From positions 1 through 64,000 of IMG/VR virus record IMGVR_UViG_3300012952_000019: a DNA stretch of 64,000 nucleotides; one strand, given 5' to 3'. Each line of letters begins with the position of its first letter. The stretch's first letter is position 1. Of this stretch, positions 60,901-64,000 are shown piece by piece. The position numbers and the translations under genes are program-made. This stretch comes from a virus. Taxonomy: Duplodnaviria > Caudoviricetes. The notes below the pieces were generated by a model that worked only from the letters and a program-made list of their open reading frames with translations, searched no databases and was not told where the DNA came from.

Positions 60901-61072
60901 ATTTGATGGAAACATCCGTGCACTAATAGGTGTCGCAGGTGTTGAAGTAAGTAATGTTGGTTCTGGATATCAAAACCCAACAGTTGCTGTTGAGACTTCA
61001 GTCCCAGATGACTGGACTGCTCCTGACATAAGTCTATATGGAGAAGAACCAGTTGACCCCGAAACCCCATAA
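36962..61072 (+). CDS. gp7: giant baseplate wedge initiator gp7-like structural protein (8036 aa)
   Basis: Follows gp6; FLEYYY, IKDFY..KGT..S...LF..LYG and IQDSYYYQDFSY...HPA.FK.FG motifs; GSGY beta repeats; YHYH-type region (HSPIVGWAFDG.PIYGPYG, DLDQYNGRFC.TPEFP); two LamG-like domains; 19 nested modules. Confidence 0.8.
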   Translation: MTNINKVSQAVVSQTPDFVESDYPLFNRFLEYYYASQEKTGLGQNILNNFLGYLDIDKLDISILDGSTNVREAITTTSDRIVVESVDSFLDKNGTILVDNEVIFYETTTPAPNIALTPGINYDQVKLKWDELASPLTSFDGTTSRFPLTSQSNPVGPPSAQHLIVRVYNEWLLPNIDYTIDGDHIVFTNPPRARVVADDAAYTYITYLNGFVENEIVAMDNISGAFGENKRQFTITRNGVRYEPTVDEYVLAIYDNKLMIPKVDFFIDGDQFIFKTAPLNGRLLSFYAIEAPIPSFGKDAVGFAQIDDAGTLTGISVNNTGSQYRFQYPPQVSVNSTTGTGASATALVNGVKSLSLLNGGFGYSETNPPVVQVQSPTLDGSQQATLKATVTNGAVSALEVVNSGSGYTFTPRITFRQPGGCTLGTGQILNGSISAVPPITYGGFGYTTAPTVYVDEPTGESPIRANIQATLADDGSIASLTILNAGQGYTTTPRIAIIDPVGAQVLETVIDNDGRLVSIELLAGGSGYEDIPSVYIVDNRLDDRGTFIGGSGAKAVASIFNGRITDINVTEFGTGYSQTTPPTVVIQAPPEAEASATIGVNEVTGFNINQNGSGYTKAQFIGCARAASAITSYTQNGNAVFTDTSTASNHSLNAPVKCLDALFVKRLLDKYTEQFLPDVPSLDYNTIDVRTAIKTIKDFYSCKGTSYSIAYLFKLLYGEQVNISYPKDQIIKPSAATWSIDTILRATIVSGNPADIRDGLLTQDADIADENIRAASALVENFISIKTSEVEIYELILSEETIDGTFIVPYKTKLAEPLDQTEGIITVDSTIGWPERNGEFLIGSSSDTAELIQYKEKSLNQFIECTRSVNGVVEDWDSATEVKSNFKVYVNKGTAQEVVMNVVGIVDAQQTTLTDTGSYYLPGDKLAISKLGGTDVSSELTTWLYNVKKLISITGITFGGINDQAATVTCANPHGLLVGDQVTIYGANPIIYNGTFLVTSRDSTTVFQYELPQPGGVIPQGNILVSIDLNKGKSSSAQILTAIGSYTTNVQNTFFNDNYVYVASTGIPNYDIGPFPGSALLPGNQRKLNRFPRVAQTISTKNLINPGPVGTWVNGVSIWSYKSSLFKTFGAVTAITITNVGQDYDAASPPNISITGGGGSGATGSVVVNGSLSEVEVLTGGSGYTSSPLVSIVGGGGSGAAATAIITKGVVSRILINSGGTGYVSQPSITIVGGGGTGATATANVRGPIQSIAVTSGGASYTSNPTVTLSSGSGAVAQAIVQNGRIISIAIISAGSGYTTAPIVSIQGDGFGAVARAGIDIDGENAGRVTSVEILNRGIGYIQGTTLINLTSVGQDALFTANVFQWTYNLQATSSLDTAKGGVFEGFNNQYGGEYAHLSNPQRLRYVLGDNLQEPTAGNIVEQAEQLNHSPIVGWAFDGNPIYGPYGYADPTDQSSAINRLNTSYRLKTELVYDVVTNPYPARTAGPLLTDEAAGNFVEDYEYVFGLGDLDQYNGRFCKTPEFPGGRYCYFVTVDTTEQGNPVFPYVLGPSFNSVVDTWNLTDGATQQNIPTGVVRYRDPYENVDIDVERAPNASTNALTTEDGELLVFEVEDENRDAVISQDEIDDPDQIFEESPLQLFDYFPKVKFDSKVDIEVETITKFEDASVTGFTVENPGASYQVNDRLVFDNTDTDGTGVSARVSHIKGEAVSTYGYESIGGVNYGVLKTTTPHNLTVDDQVVVDYTPIMNNTNKTFVVKQIKGVEEIVIDQQGSGYNSELPPTIILDGDGTGAALEAVVTSVGSISSVNITNSGQDYTTNPRVILSHPQIYKKADYYISKITSNDYVKVNDVFVNDQKEVFLCGKTKDSFNYTIAFVAKLSATGVKDWEKTIKSTDGQNEVEFEKILVDGQDVYCVGHNRPNASILEAYNPDVVLCKYTQAANGLSATLQYQKAYAGISGSTRSDNVSAIAKYSDTRFVLGGYTNTNSGNPYDAYIAVVDTLGNFAVKRKLTSVNVSEKITDLLVDGTDIYYTLEIATSPNASNVDTGIGKANVGTSAITLLWNKQLSNTLYSFEDSSLTIDEFSELYITATTKLKADNTTKDGFWIGKLSTEGVFLWNYRYAVTGGYTIHAAKRSHIDIFGDLNVAINKYQNTDGELTVDVVKLGYNGIIKSHTNNKFDVNNIEGLTAHTLYPDSSGDIHVYGQTSWNRNELLLPFTSGASTDVTGHYTPTYISEGNGLQFDATNGYAKILGKDSTTPTTWVNSVIQLNGSDLGTKMTNDWTIEFMLYKDAVGNNNTHSQTQQTLIAIGDATLSTGGLWLYYDISSGQMQLVVTANGTALNSASGSLQSTVTTMFADNTWQFIALTKSAGQYTAYVNGIQVLQGTIDNTAFQNQNLYIGNIPGKSGTLNQFLSSYQGQYHIDNLRIRNRAVTPTVPTDVTNYPIAGEFNEGFDWQDTTWFSTYVNKYDYIDYVGWGIKIDKNADAARLGTQTAQTNTGIGFTRANIAIVEGSALTVNNTGFALAEAGFQNLDFDDADTSMTQDSSTLSYLQDVWSSRTATVPSPGSQKLRVTANVKDRYYFKVTPTVKIDNIQELTLNQQFRFTTGAKLRLNNSSGVFQNSGYIIRQDTTNNKIYLAVNINAWSDDLNTGELVTEQFNEQSTYGIVGPIPADVNELIFTFPLINNTTPGTFDIDLNNFNHPEGGSNNLDELTNFKPYTDDDYSIRIDEVAGGSPYIVGSVININSGDISYNAAYTTAQITNLTGVLKITLVATLKKIIQVTAVANSDEVYIVTANSHYLTEGEMVNIDGNPSQTVDSVVYDEYDGAFPVFSVVSPVEFTYKLPSAAITSPATSSGSVNIYVKSPVLKMYYGHQYLFDVSHSSMAGGNLSFSKDNLYKLEYSFNSIERVGTPGITGQGVPNPTVKLKVDTEIVTNISYYFDPSRTGADSPVNPASYLDVVDSPYVGNFTISSISGATITRGADTFKFVLANEPEGNADVINTSYSTSSLKAVGSINDIRIVNPGGFYTRLPVVTTIQSSRQIERVQIDAPGTEYAVGVYNSVPIAGDGEGGFVSITVADGTDDEGVTIPGQIQEVVVTSPGKGYTTASIDVESISGILGAGLTGSGVDLNVVIPPAGSGASIFTKGIKVGKIKKLQNNNFGYDYPHDYTLRPEISFPINAQLTSTSILDSITVTDPGSGYSQAPTVVITGGGGQNATAEASIKNGRLDDIIVKDPGSGYSSAPTVALRSSFNYVVNLDLGLLQFAFPHGIVNGSEVTLTVTDTGDGAEFPLSAGAVGRLNSTNTYYAIAGTANSLEENQLKIAITAANAALGDSLSFVNAGTGRQTILTESFGGAATANVVTSTFLEGELVYQGDSLDAATASGYVSTNQGWQVGPRIIKIVDYTGDFNANERITGVISKSSGIISDLKIARGVLEIGSITKTTGQFIDDIGKPSEIIQKIQDSYYYQDFSYAVKSAVSIGEWKEILLKNVHPASFKVFGELNLSDYGQIPNKETDFQITKAVELAREAIVPNIQSFSLVEPVYSQFNNSEVLFRQKRLTSSENILTSVVQRLDDISNQFDGVKTQFPLKVNGENVVANANQLMIILNGVAQTPETSFNIQGDSIVFSQPPQPPASVKYVNATISEINISEITFTNVSGIFPIIGNTMAGQTSLARFTVTSVIGQAIRGFFVEGSAFTFGELVSNSATGFIANYDAVSSISNLGLFTFGEQVSNLDGKTARVESINLAGGSSDPLGQLRYGVGPSTAAIEVVASKAVSTDPDTPPATGTFALNANYQVGSEIVTVTQITENNDSTILEVTRGQLGTTAATQAEDGPVYATTVLVNDKLTLSKTTGTYQSTPGLFDLALNDVIIGAQSGVVARLTATSTYQDPTTQEFIGQVNISEGSSFFGLLFNRVTSITYPNIVLDDISISTISVVDYDTYTTDIDSQFPANEFISQIVIPYDNASGKLSVGEMIRNYKLDYGNNVGTFNSGESGKSRKLTFREKQGTGIFSAGQTIRTRDTKAEVIGFDFSGDTIYLGKIGRSLRGGADYHQFNFSGSAQLDTSIKKFGDASLQLDLATSDYIQIPASSEFTRGTGDYTIEFQVRLDAVSLADTKTLVDMRTSATEVALRIYLQAAQVRVNVNGSDIATSGGNALNNNVWYHLVIQRTGTSLKIFSNGVEIGTGTDSGNYTLDRPIRIGADYAGLNPITAHIDEFRYSVVSRYATVPFTSPNGIFQGDADTKVLCHFDGADGATKTEDWSGGESFTQEEYLNNDALAVTDASSANAPAGFNKKSHRYLNAADLMLMNKEYLAQETVYIMKEVFPAHSVKGSEVDCEDDVRDVVDSIVDDLRNGSNHHMWKAASYYVNRAVNPIQIVNVEDDVSMTVYVYEILDKLAKYIVNNVPWSTQGDHGLTQKFDTSITFDGYTSQTLTKFSPTAIDYHPSMGDMEITAASHGLAAPRTITASSSGYTATTGVLTVESVGHSLETGDRIKFEPNSITMTCTCDGNTVSQSYPRDDDPANQGWLEVAKIDNDNFSVNVGTSPTVNFTATAADYDSNTGFLTMDIGDNDLRPGSKYTVSSAAYNPTSGVMTVGIGNDQYNVHDADYSPTSGDLEIYTGTHNLKTGQFIKIANNGITFRCSQDDYATNHPYPRATDPARDTALEVLHVTDTSFTVNVGKSPIVEYDVSNATFNPNTGEMTLTIGNHSLSANTSIRIKTQSIGFTCTYGAGVHYYPRPLIDEHNVSDAAYNPTTGVVTLTIPQGHGMKDGDKVKIPDYSLSFTCDKDSNATTHRYPRPYDPISDRWIEISNVQSTSIDIQVLDTAPSTNTSTHTFISFTGAIQQKRDKSFEQSISIASVGPTTITLNVGISSNTTTHTYSTSLAGAVQTGGNYKHKFRSALTNAITVEHGLYVGDRVMFDRDSLTFTCLEDGGATEHTYPRITDPYYNKWLPISNVTHTTFDVQVLSSTPSTNQTAHTFVRAKANGLTRSGETLKLAKDALSFTCSQDNDATVHSYPRVDDSVYNTAIPIWSNGSTRMTAQSALYNTATGMLTITILNHGLTVGTELRLENKSLVFTCAKDGNKTEHAYPRPKDPFAARWLRIKAVTDHTFTLFIGEASATGQYAHTFIRAVKDGIVKRDNTVTVNVGATPTKAYTPSAATYNASTGALELNVGSHSYPAPTQHTPTDVAYNPVSGVMTLTIAGHNFSNGEKIKIADNGIKLSCPYGGATGTAAQKDYPRSTDPVSNKWIPIFNVTTDTFDVQVLDSTPSTNVDTHTFVSAVNNCVSKANYTVKLAPDSLVMTCDMDSGATKHLYPRSNVATHTPSTGTSYNPVTGALTVSIPTESFTASAANYNVTTGACVLTISQNAGSYNVTGATYAPTTGVLVLTLGGGSHSLTTNDRIKITPESLKFTCDYNNDNNTTIHPYPRAAGAYNSTNSKADYAYDTWLDITAVSSTTITVNVNGGQGAITDISNHTFVGALDGAVQVGHGIVPGNKVKLAPNSLTFTCTLDGNTAQKSYPRSTGANTTSGADYAYDKWLRVMDVGDNTITVNLNGGQGAISDTSAHTFVSATANGITLGHGMVAGTPIKIKDGGVTFRCAHDNNATLHPYPRATDPASDKWLFIKNVSDTQFEVDILQGTTPTNTTTHTYAGSMDNCIIQGDPLVAQAIPIDAVTGSTITINALDGYTPSFTPNHTLDSVSTSQFTPTNAVYDGSTGEIAITVATTTFTPSTVAYNAITGEMQMTIGSHSLAVGEEILIAANSLTFTCDFNGDGNTTNKTYPRATNASTPTGSDFAYNNHLQITDTTATTITVNVNGGGGAITDTTNHVFVSATADAISVSHGIKTGEKIKIANNGITFTCLEDSNATNHPYPRPTDPASGRWLDVVATTNNTFTVQVLDEIPSTNITAHTFVSATTNAITRAIISTGGNYKHKFISGLTNGVRTGGDYTHTFVSATTNGIHVAGDSVYLEDNSIRFTCSQDNHLTQHDYPRVTDPASKHVMEVKTVDNDRFVINVGKSPQEKRYDHLFVSANANSVIKSKYQITNCSDVYTTTNNLIDILRDTITQAALPSPVDHLATITDLLPVQEFVGGRVYSYLEVPFKITYEDDAQEMVYTDRIDVFSRYRFRDAANLIRQNTGAIVDKASYDMLVRYPALYQDMPRNQGGASTDGIERCKTDLTQVCGGVANDIENGGNDNVITAAGFYIGANNMIQHIRLQLPQSIYVHERLIYYLKQAIDGTLTTDNTENLIVGDWGITNDDSVTTYDVYGATYDAGSGDLTMTLASNTGSYSVTGAVYNPTSGDLTLTIGTHTLTTNDKVGIATESLVFTCDYNSNGNQTQKRYPRSFGANTTNGADYAYNQFLDITAVNQSGGTITVNVNGGQGAITDTTTHNFVLTPSATNAVTVGHGFSAGDSLQIGNEALTFTCSMDGNVSNKTYPRATDPAYGKSLTITNATATTVTVNVGTTPEVKYTPTFATYNAQSGIMVLTIGNHNLQTGQPIKINGGALKFTCEMDGNEAIKSYPRTTDPFYDKPIDITATTADSIQLNVGTSPIVLHNVSNATYNPTTGVMVLTLNVNHGLVAGTSIRLATESLVFTCTLDGNTVQKSYPRSTSANTGTGADYAYNTAINIDSADQAAGTITINVNGGQGAISDTSAHTFVSANSGAVRSGGDYVHTFYSADTESVIAGGEYTHVWAGGTATDAVSVIGDCADVKTNIESLITTVNDIIAPTGKDFDTAGNRLYFNRELIAQDVTSNMVQEFTYQAGPTTYYGFQFGGNNLLDTEFQADVELLVKSLISDLQTGGNNSSVKALEDTYLNADGTLHRIEDMVMATVFGMEKLKEVGREVIRNNVYNAFESQPFGAYSTQSGFTAYRDTEETVDIDAVVGEWNNLLDHVIEFFSPGQKIMRSGMKQILFNSNYYKNELNNLVNTQFGNGQWIYNDFVDELLGNMIQDSITTDVSHMQDAYRLTLTSVTGEFRVGEVVTAAGGGYATILEWDSKDRHLYISSFLSGTISGGETVTGQTGGAATVTTGGVGKKFDWYTHPANVEILRNARLISSQVQDQLIGQNVGYNYPEDLSSGNTLTNLTVSADVTAAPDNALSADKLVATTTVGEHFVFNNYSLNAFETFDSGNVTFDTSGETFDTGQVGTQESQQFTYSVFLKQGEYTKARFMVSLDEDTAQRQQAFYDIDLTNGTTGSIFQPQGGLTIDASGVIPYGGGWYRAYITITCSFGFQQLRQQVQIKNATGQTSFAGNASDGLFAWGQKLTKGLIDPYAATSGDVFYADTEYNIKTYTIDKLENWIYDALKDQLLNPSPESGFVPYFSDSDAQNYHPESVHRLVRYSLDIIRNQLLNSTYYTDIIVQNGIVAPAKDYGTFDIPVGLAGGLNNADYLYGLESGSYAELEKVTMNEGEVVQVYQRFRIDANIVDGPYFMNEVVQKQGDSTVTGIVYGFYEDDNFKYLDVAVTGGTWTVLDYVVGATNTTTAQINAIEDRIQITDLMGEFTDNIPFKGYDSGETAIPTGFLKAQAAVTDNSGGKLTVDTETLIGTFETTATIYPEQSKLFIDVTRYEGLDVLIGYRISSAGHTRIGITIQNNKNVFVVGNKLNKITNGIIDANNFGYITEIDLDNNILYYILASGNITNGDQVGDFGVAPDPLNPLGHAVINTKLDVAGAATAVIQDIKEVGVNKRFYLTNVTGTFSGRDGIFSKDNYKAAIITKTDLKGRVERAFRGFDGSQTNFKLTISNGTPYFPDPAGHMLIFINGVLQPPGSANAYTAFSDNIQFTEAPDLGASFTGFYVGKLRQLDDISFEFDSLRQSFNLKRDDVFYSLTLTDGVQSSTILPENNIIVSLNGVIQEPGVGFELVGSRIIFSEIPRVGSTFVAFSYVGSEADVDAAEVVPPIEVGDFIDIQGETEDRQVAVIESSNSLITFDYLGSVFGQNAKASATLVSGTIDRVQVTSGGSGYTTRPNVRVDSISGFDGNIRALIGVAGVEVSNVGSGYQNPTVAVETSVPDDWTAPDISLYGEEPVDPETP
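50264..55081 (+). repeat. 15 recursively nested copies of a ~110-aa module
   Basis: 15 'FTC...YPR' cores, each matched by one 'A.Y.P.TG.M.LT' opener and one 'HTFVSA' closer. Confidence 0.85.
55757..57085 (+). repeat. 4 recursively nested copies of the same module
   Basis: 4 openers, 4 YPR cores and 4 closers. Confidence 0.85.
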
Positions 61073-61093
61073 ATAACTAAAAAATAGTGAGCG

Positions 61094-62320
61094 ATGGCTA
61101 AACAAACACTAGGTCTTGGATCTGCTGCAAACGATAATACAGGTGACACTCTTCGTGCAGGTGGTGACAAGATAAACGACAATTTTAGCGAAGTATATAC
61201 TGCTTTAGGAAATGGAACTAACCTAACGGTGACTCTTGCCAACCCTGCTGTTGGACATGTGTTGCGTTATAATGGTTCAACGTTCACTCCTTCTGATTAT
61301 ACACAGTTAACTTCTGCTCTTGACGTAAATAATAATTCTATAATTTCTTCTTCCAATGGCAATATTGTTCTTGCTCCTAATGGAACAGGTGATGTCACTA
61401 TTTCTAACGGTGGTATTACTAGTACTTTTGAAGGAACTGACGGGACTATTGATTTCCCTACTACTATCAAATATAAGAACGAATACGCAGCGATAGGATC
61501 AACTCCTTCTGCTGCAACATATACTGGATATTTCTTTACTGTAGATGGTGATGATAATCCATATGTTAATATTAATATTACTGCAGGTGGTGTTGGAGAT
61601 ACACAAGCAAAACTTTTAACAGAGTATTCTACTCTTGGTCAAATTGGAAACGTAGATACAACATCGAATGCTCCTACTGATGGTCAATTATTAAAGTGGA
61701 GTACTTCATTAAGTAAATGGGCACCTGCAGATGATCTAGCTGGTGCAGGATCACAAAATTTATGGGAATCTATTGTTGCTGATACAGGAACTACAACTGC
61801 CGATTCTGCAACTGATTCTTTAACATTCACTGGTGGAACAGATATTGCAACTGCTATTACTGGTGATACAGTAACGATTAATTATACTGGAACTCCTGTA
61901 ACAACATTTGCTGCTCTAACTGATACTGATCTATCAGGAATAGTTAAAGGTGATGCAATTTATTGGAATAATACTGACTGGGTTGTATCTAGAAGTCCAG
62001 TTATTTGGTGGAACTTAAACTCTAGTGGTGCATCTGATTACACCTTCTCTGGTCCTGGTTTTACTGGTGCTGTAAATGACCCAACTCTTTATGTTTATAG
62101 AGGATTTACTTATATCTTTGATAACTCAGTTCAAGGTGGTGCTCATCCATTTAGAATTCAAAGCACACAAGGTTTAACTGGAACTCCATATGTGGCAGGT
62201 CAGTCAGGTAGTGGATCCAATATTCTTTATTGGACAGTTCCATTGGATGCTCCTGCAACTCTTTATTATCAATGTACACTCCATTCTGCTATGAATGGAA
62301 CAATCAACGTAGCGGTATAG
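61094..62320 (+). CDS. gp9: baseplate / tail-fibre connector gp9-like protein with C-terminal cupredoxin-like domain
   Basis: N-terminus MAKQ.L.LG..AND.TGDTLR.GG.KIN.NF.E.Y of T4 gp9/gp10; C-terminal HPF...LYYQCTLHSAM; ATAAATA at 61069. Confidence 0.8.
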   Translation: MAKQTLGLGSAANDNTGDTLRAGGDKINDNFSEVYTALGNGTNLTVTLANPAVGHVLRYNGSTFTPSDYTQLTSALDVNNNSIISSSNGNIVLAPNGTGDVTISNGGITSTFEGTDGTIDFPTTIKYKNEYAAIGSTPSAATYTGYFFTVDGDDNPYVNINITAGGVGDTQAKLLTEYSTLGQIGNVDTTSNAPTDGQLLKWSTSLSKWAPADDLAGAGSQNLWESIVADTGTTTADSATDSLTFTGGTDIATAITGDTVTINYTGTPVTTFAALTDTDLSGIVKGDAIYWNNTDWVVSRSPVIWWNLNSSGASDYTFSGPGFTGAVNDPTLYVYRGFTYIFDNSVQGGAHPFRIQSTQGLTGTPYVAGQSGSGSNILYWTVPLDAPATLYYQCTLHSAMNGTINVAV

Positions 62321-62323
62321 TAA

Positions 62324-64000
62324 ATGGCAAGAACAGTTCCTGGTTCTGGTGCTGTCATTGAACCAATTTTCGATGAGATTTTTGGTGTTCGTGCGGTAGA
62401 AGTCACAGATGGTGGGAGTGGATACTCTGTATCTGATCCTCCTCGTTTGACTATAACTGGTTGTGGAACTCCTGATGTAGAAGCATTATTATATCCTATT
62501 ATTGATCCTGACTCAGGAAAAATTATACACGTTAGAGTTCTGAGTAGAGGTAGAGGATATGATCCATTAAGATTACAGATAATTCCAGAACAAGAAACTC
62601 CTAATGTTGTAACGTCATTTGATATAAGAAGAATATTTCAATCTCATCCTAATAGTCCTACTACATCATCTTTTACAAGTGATAGACTTAGGATAGTATC
62701 TGATAATCATCCTAAACCTTCACAGCATATATTTGCTGAAAGGGAACCAGGTGGTTCTACTACAGTTCTTGATAGATCTTTTGATCAGACTTTTATCTAT
62801 AGAGGTGGTAAAGATGTTCCTCATCCAGATGCTGCTAATAGACAATATCAAGGTGATAAAGCAACAGGCATTATGGCAAATGGTGTTTTGCTTCATACTC
62901 CTGAGTGGGGACAAGATGGAAATCCACCACCAGGATTTACTATTGATGCTGTAAAATATCCTTATATTAAAAATAATAATGCATATGATGCAGTACTTGA
63001 TAATCAAGTTTATTATTATCAAACAAATAAACTTAGAACTGAATGGAACTTAGATAATGGTGTATTTGATTGGGGTAGAATAAGACAGTTTACTTGGCAA
63101 GTTAAAACAGAACATGACAATGTTCTAATAGAATTAGGAACTTTAGATCAAACTATAGGTTCAGTTGAAGTAGGTAGAATCGTAGATTGTATTACATCTA
63201 CTGCTAAAGGTGAAGTAGCAAAAATTGTTAAAGATAATTTAGGTAATCCAACAAAAATATATTTAAGAACTCTTACTGGTGTTCCTTTCCAAGAGAATGA
63301 TGTTTGTTTAGGTGCTAATGGATTCCAATTTAGAGTTCAAGGTATTCCTAGAACATTCCCTACTGGTATATTTTATATCGAGTTTGGAGAAGAAGCACAT
63401 GAGTTTGGACCTTTTACACCTGGTCAATTTTATTTTGCTCCAGAAGATATTAAAGTTCAAAGAAATTATTTAATTATTTGGGATCAAAGTGATAGTTCAA
63501 ATAATACTGGTGGAATGTCTCATCCAATGAGATTCAGTACAACTGCTGATGGAACTCTTAATGGTGGAACTCTGTATTACAATAGCACTGGTGTTACACA
63601 AGCACCTGCTGCTGACTATGAAAATGAGTATCAAGCATTATTCTTAATGAATGCTGATGAGAATAATAAAATTTATTATCATTGTGCTTATCATCGTTAT
63701 ATGTCTGGTTATCAAGGTGATGAAGGTTATATGACACTTGCATCAGAAATAGATGCTGATCCTACTGTTAACACATATTACTTTACAAATTATTATCAAT
63801 CAGATGCTAATGATCCTAATACTATTGATTATAGTAGACATGTAGATGGTCACTCTAAAATATTAGGTATGTCTTATGATGGATATCCTATTTACGGTCC
63901 TTATGGATATAATTCCAGTGGTGCAGTTGCTAGAGAAGTATCTGGACATAGATTAAAAACTACTGCTGAGTTAGCAGGTAATCGTCCTCAAGTTAATACA
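62324..64000 (+). CDS. large virion structural protein (partial; YHYH-type and cupredoxin-like segments)
   Basis: ATG 62324 MARTVPGSGAVIEP..., apparently open to the window end; GGSGY repeat, GIMANGV, HPMRFS...YYHCAYHRYM, DGHSKILG..YDGYPIYGPYG. Confidence 0.85.
   Translation, partial: MARTVPGSGAVIEPIFDEIFGVRAVEVTDGGSGYSVSDPPRLTITGCGTPDVEALLYPIIDPDSGKIIHVRVLSRGRGYDPLRLQIIPEQETPNVVTSFDIRRIFQSHPNSPTTSSFTSDRLRIVSDNHPKPSQHIFAEREPGGSTTVLDRSFDQTFIYRGGKDVPHPDAANRQYQGDKATGIMANGVLLHTPEWGQDGNPPPGFTIDAVKYPYIKNNNAYDAVLDNQVYYYQTNKLRTEWNLDNGVFDWGRIRQFTWQVKTEHDNVLIELGTLDQTIGSVEVGRIVDCITSTAKGEVAKIVKDNLGNPTKIYLRTLTGVPFQENDVCLGANGFQFRVQGIPRTFPTGIFYIEFGEEAHEFGPFTPGQFYFAPEDIKVQRNYLIIWDQSDSSNNTGGMSHPMRFSTTADGTLNGGTLYYNSTGVTQAPAADYENEYQALFLMNADENNKIYYHCAYHRYMSGYQGDEGYMTLASEIDADPTVNTYYFTNYYQSDANDPNTIDYSRHVDGHSKILGMSYDGYPIYGPYGYNSSGAVAREVSGHRLKTTAELAGNRPQVNT

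Noticed and set aside
1023-63022. Minus-strand and alternate-frame ORFs in the track (e.g. 1740-1973, 5953-6198, 22251-22484, 27535-27816, 47084-47341, 60970-61242, 62720-63022, 62733-62954)
   Set aside because: Shadows of longer, motif-bearing + strand genes; no SD, promoter or recognisable motif
1-64000. tRNA genes, introns/inteins, homing endonucleases, integrase, photosynthesis AMGs
   Set aside because: No cloverleaf/T-loop signature or diagnostic protein motif was recognised by eye; a tRNAscan/Infernal run would be needed to exclude them fully

Overview
AT-rich segment of a T4-like marine cyanomyovirus genome, probably a Prochlorococcus/Synechococcus phage; the host is inferred, not shown. 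All credible genes are on the + strand. Layout: (i) 1-6.9 kb, late virion/tail-fibre genes, including two paralogous Gly/His-rich fibre proteins; (ii) 6.9-16.6 kb, a tightly packed operon of two flavin-dependent (PrnA-like) halogenases and nine different 2OG-Fe(II) oxygenases; (iii) 16.6-34 kb, an early/accessory region of tiny ORFs, two beta-class DNA methyltransferases, a putative restriction-like nuclease and an SF2 helicase, split into cassettes by 11 copies of an 8-8-8 palindrome lying 27-32 nt before a -10 box; (iv) 34-64 kb, a SET-domain gene and the baseplate module (gp25, gp6, an 8036-aa gp7-like protein, gp9, and a further large structural gene running off the window). The most striking feature is inside the giant protein: 19 copies of a ~110-aa module are inserted recursively into one another, parsing as balanced brackets up to 7 levels deep, which implies a branched, tree-like polypeptide. 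No tRNA, rRNA, CRISPR array, integrase, reverse transcriptase, intron or intein was recognised.
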